DNA of 64,000 nt from Carpediemonas membranifera BICM. Its lineage: Eukaryota; Protista; Fornicata. Shown one piece after another: positions 62,101 to 64,000 of the stretch (its first letter is position 1; the number at the start of each line of letters is the position of its first letter). The translations under genes were made by a program, and so were the position numbers. The stretch covers positions 1-64,000 of the forward strand of contig JAHDYR010000024.1 in the NCBI GenBank assembly GCA_019828565.1, written 5' to 3'. The notes under the pieces were generated by a model that had not been told where the DNA came from, ran no database searches, and worked only from the letters and a program-made list of their open reading frames with translations.

Positions 62101-63972
62101 ACCTGGTCACCGAACACACGGCACTCGCCCTCCCAGACTTAGACAAGCCCTGGACCTTGGAGACCGATGCCTCCTCAGTAGCGATCGGCGGGGTCCTCTG
62201 GCAGGGCGAAGGAGTTGAGAAGGTTCCCCTCGCCTTTTATTCCAAGACCTTGGACGAGACTCAGCAAAGGTGGTCGACCGTCGAACAGGAGCTTTACGCG
62301 ATCATCCACTGTGTAACTCGACCGGAGTTCTCAGCCCTCCTTAAGATTAAGCCGTTCTCTCTCAGAACCGATCATCGGAACCTTATTTGGCTCCTGAGAA
62401 AGACGGACGAGGAGGGCACGAAAAAGCTTACTCGCTGGCGCCTGACAATGACCGAATACCCCTACTCCATCGCCCACATCAAGGGCGTCCACAATGTCGT
62501 CGCCGACTCGCTGTCCCGTCCTAGCAGCGTCCCAGAGGACCGAGACGACCTCAAGGCCGCTATCGAACAGGTCTCCAGTTCTCACCGTCACCTCATCAAC
62601 CAGGCCCACGCCGGTGCACAGGGCCACGTCAGCGTCGCTCAGACGATGGAAAGTCTCCGCAACGCCGGGCAGTCTTGGCCCGACATGAAATCGGACGTCC
62701 GGGGAGACCCTCAGAAGTTGCGCCGTCTGCCAGAAGGTTAGACCCCCTGCCCGCGAGAAGACGAAGTGGCACTCCACGCAGCGACTCAAGCCCTTCGAGA
62801 CGGTCCAGCTTGACACAATAGGCCCCCTTCCGGAAGAGGCCGGCATGTCCTACATCATCACGATCGTGGATGTCTTCTCCAAGTTCACGATCCTCCGTCC
62901 GGTCGCTACTACAAAGGCCGAAGAGGCTGCAGCAGCGATGCTGGATGTGTGGTCCACGTTCGGAGTCCCAAAGGAGATTCAAACCGACCAGGGCACTCAA
63001 TTCCGTAACGCCCTCATTGCCGAGTGTAACGCCATCATCAGTCTTCAGCACAGGTTCTCAACCCCTTACCATCCGGCCAGCAACGGAGTCGTTGAACGAC
63101 TCAACGGCACGATCATGTCTCGCATGAGAGCGCTCCTCCTAGACGCAGAGGACGGCAACTGGCCCGCCTATTTACCGCTCGCTCAACACGTCATCAACTC
63201 TACCCGCCACGCCACCACCGGTCGCTCCCCTTTCGAACTGCTGTTCGGCAAAGAATCGACGCTACGGGTCGCCCCGATCGCTCTGGCAAACGCCACGAAG
63301 AGCTGCACCCCTGGGAGCGTTGATGAAGGTGAGATTGTCCGCTTCCAGGAGGACGTAGCCGCTCTACAAGCCCTCGCCCGCGTCAAGATTCGCGCGTACG
63401 AGGCGCGCAAGGCCAAGGCCACAGCAGACACTCATGCGTGGGAGAGAGAACAATACGTTCTCCTGCGCTACCCGGGCAAGCCCCCGGCTAAGATCTACAC
63501 CCCCCTGCGCGGACCCTTCCGCATGGAGGGGAAGGGCGAACACCCGAACACCTACCGCGTCCGTGACCTCGTCACAAGATGCGTCAGCACGGTCCACGCC
63601 GACAGACTGGTCCGATTCGAGACCGATTCTTCCGACACCGAGCTCGAGCGGATCGCCGCTTTCGAGCAAGGCGAACAGCCCGTCAAGGAGATCGTCGGTC
63701 ACAAGAAGAAGAAGAACGGCTCATTGGAGCTCCTCATCCGTTGGGAAGGCCTCACACCCGACGAAGACTCCTATGTACCCTATAACCGGTACTATGACCA
63801 GCTAGCGGCTCTCGATGATTACCTCGTCGCTCATCCAGAGCATGAAGCCGCGTTCGCCGCCGCCAAGAAGAAGTTCCGCAGTTCCGGGCGCCGTTAATGC
63901 GTCCGCATGGGGGGAAGTGTGACCCTAAACTGCGGGAGTTGGTTGCATAAAACTCATTCGTGACACGGCACA
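59109..63972 (+). mobile_element. Complete chromodomain Ty3/Gypsy element D
   Basis: 55-bp TG..CA LTRs at 59109-59163 and 63918-63972 (2 mismatches), 4-bp TSD CCAT, PPT GGGGGGAAG. Confidence 0.97.
59184..63897 (+). CDS. gag-pol: Gag-Pol polyprotein (slip in the G run near 62703)
   Basis: CKSHGWNSNHTTESC, FDIGA protease, LDLRSGYWQ, YVDD, TDAS, LDTIGP, TDQGTQF, NGVVER, IRWEG chromodomain. Confidence 0.93.
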
Positions 63973-64000
63973 CCATCCCGAAGTCCCTCGCCGAGACGAG

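Larger units (their letters stand above)
58068..64000 (+). mobile_element. YR retrotransposon D6 (5' part), interrupted by Gypsy D; continues beyond the window
   Basis: ORF1 58172-58684. The RT start rejoins across the insertion as SPIFTI|PKSLAETR, matching D5 SPIFTVPKTPVETR. Confidence 0.9.

Overview
Eukaryotic DNA, probably from a compact protist genome (GT-AG introns of about 34-45 nt; host not identifiable from this window), made almost entirely of mobile elements. (1) 1-~28.7 kb is a gene-dense block bracketed by two paralogous, divergently oriented DDE transposase genes of CMC/Transib-like type. Between them lies a chromatin and signalling toolkit: a protein starting with a histone H3 tail whose K9 and K27 are both replaced by Arg, a degenerate SET protein, two double-PHD proteins, a Cdc7-like kinase plus a kinase remnant, a caspase/CHAT-like + OTU fusion, a coiled-coil + OTU protein and a degenerate tyrosine recombinase. 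I read this as one or two giant cargo-carrying DNA transposons with anti-silencing functions (inference; termini not found). (2) ~28.7-64 kb is a nested retroelement cluster. It holds four Ty3/Gypsy elements: two complete ones with 55- and 76-bp LTRs, three with chromodomains, and three with a perfect palindrome where the tRNA primer-binding site should be. It also holds five DIRS/PAT-like tyrosine-recombinase retrotransposons and one solo remnant, which abut tRNA 5' ends and each other's terminal repeats; a CRE-like non-LTR element inserted at a tRNA-Arg(ACG) gene; and a small TIR element. Most frameshifts fall in homopolymer runs, so many apparently broken genes may be intact and mis-assembled.
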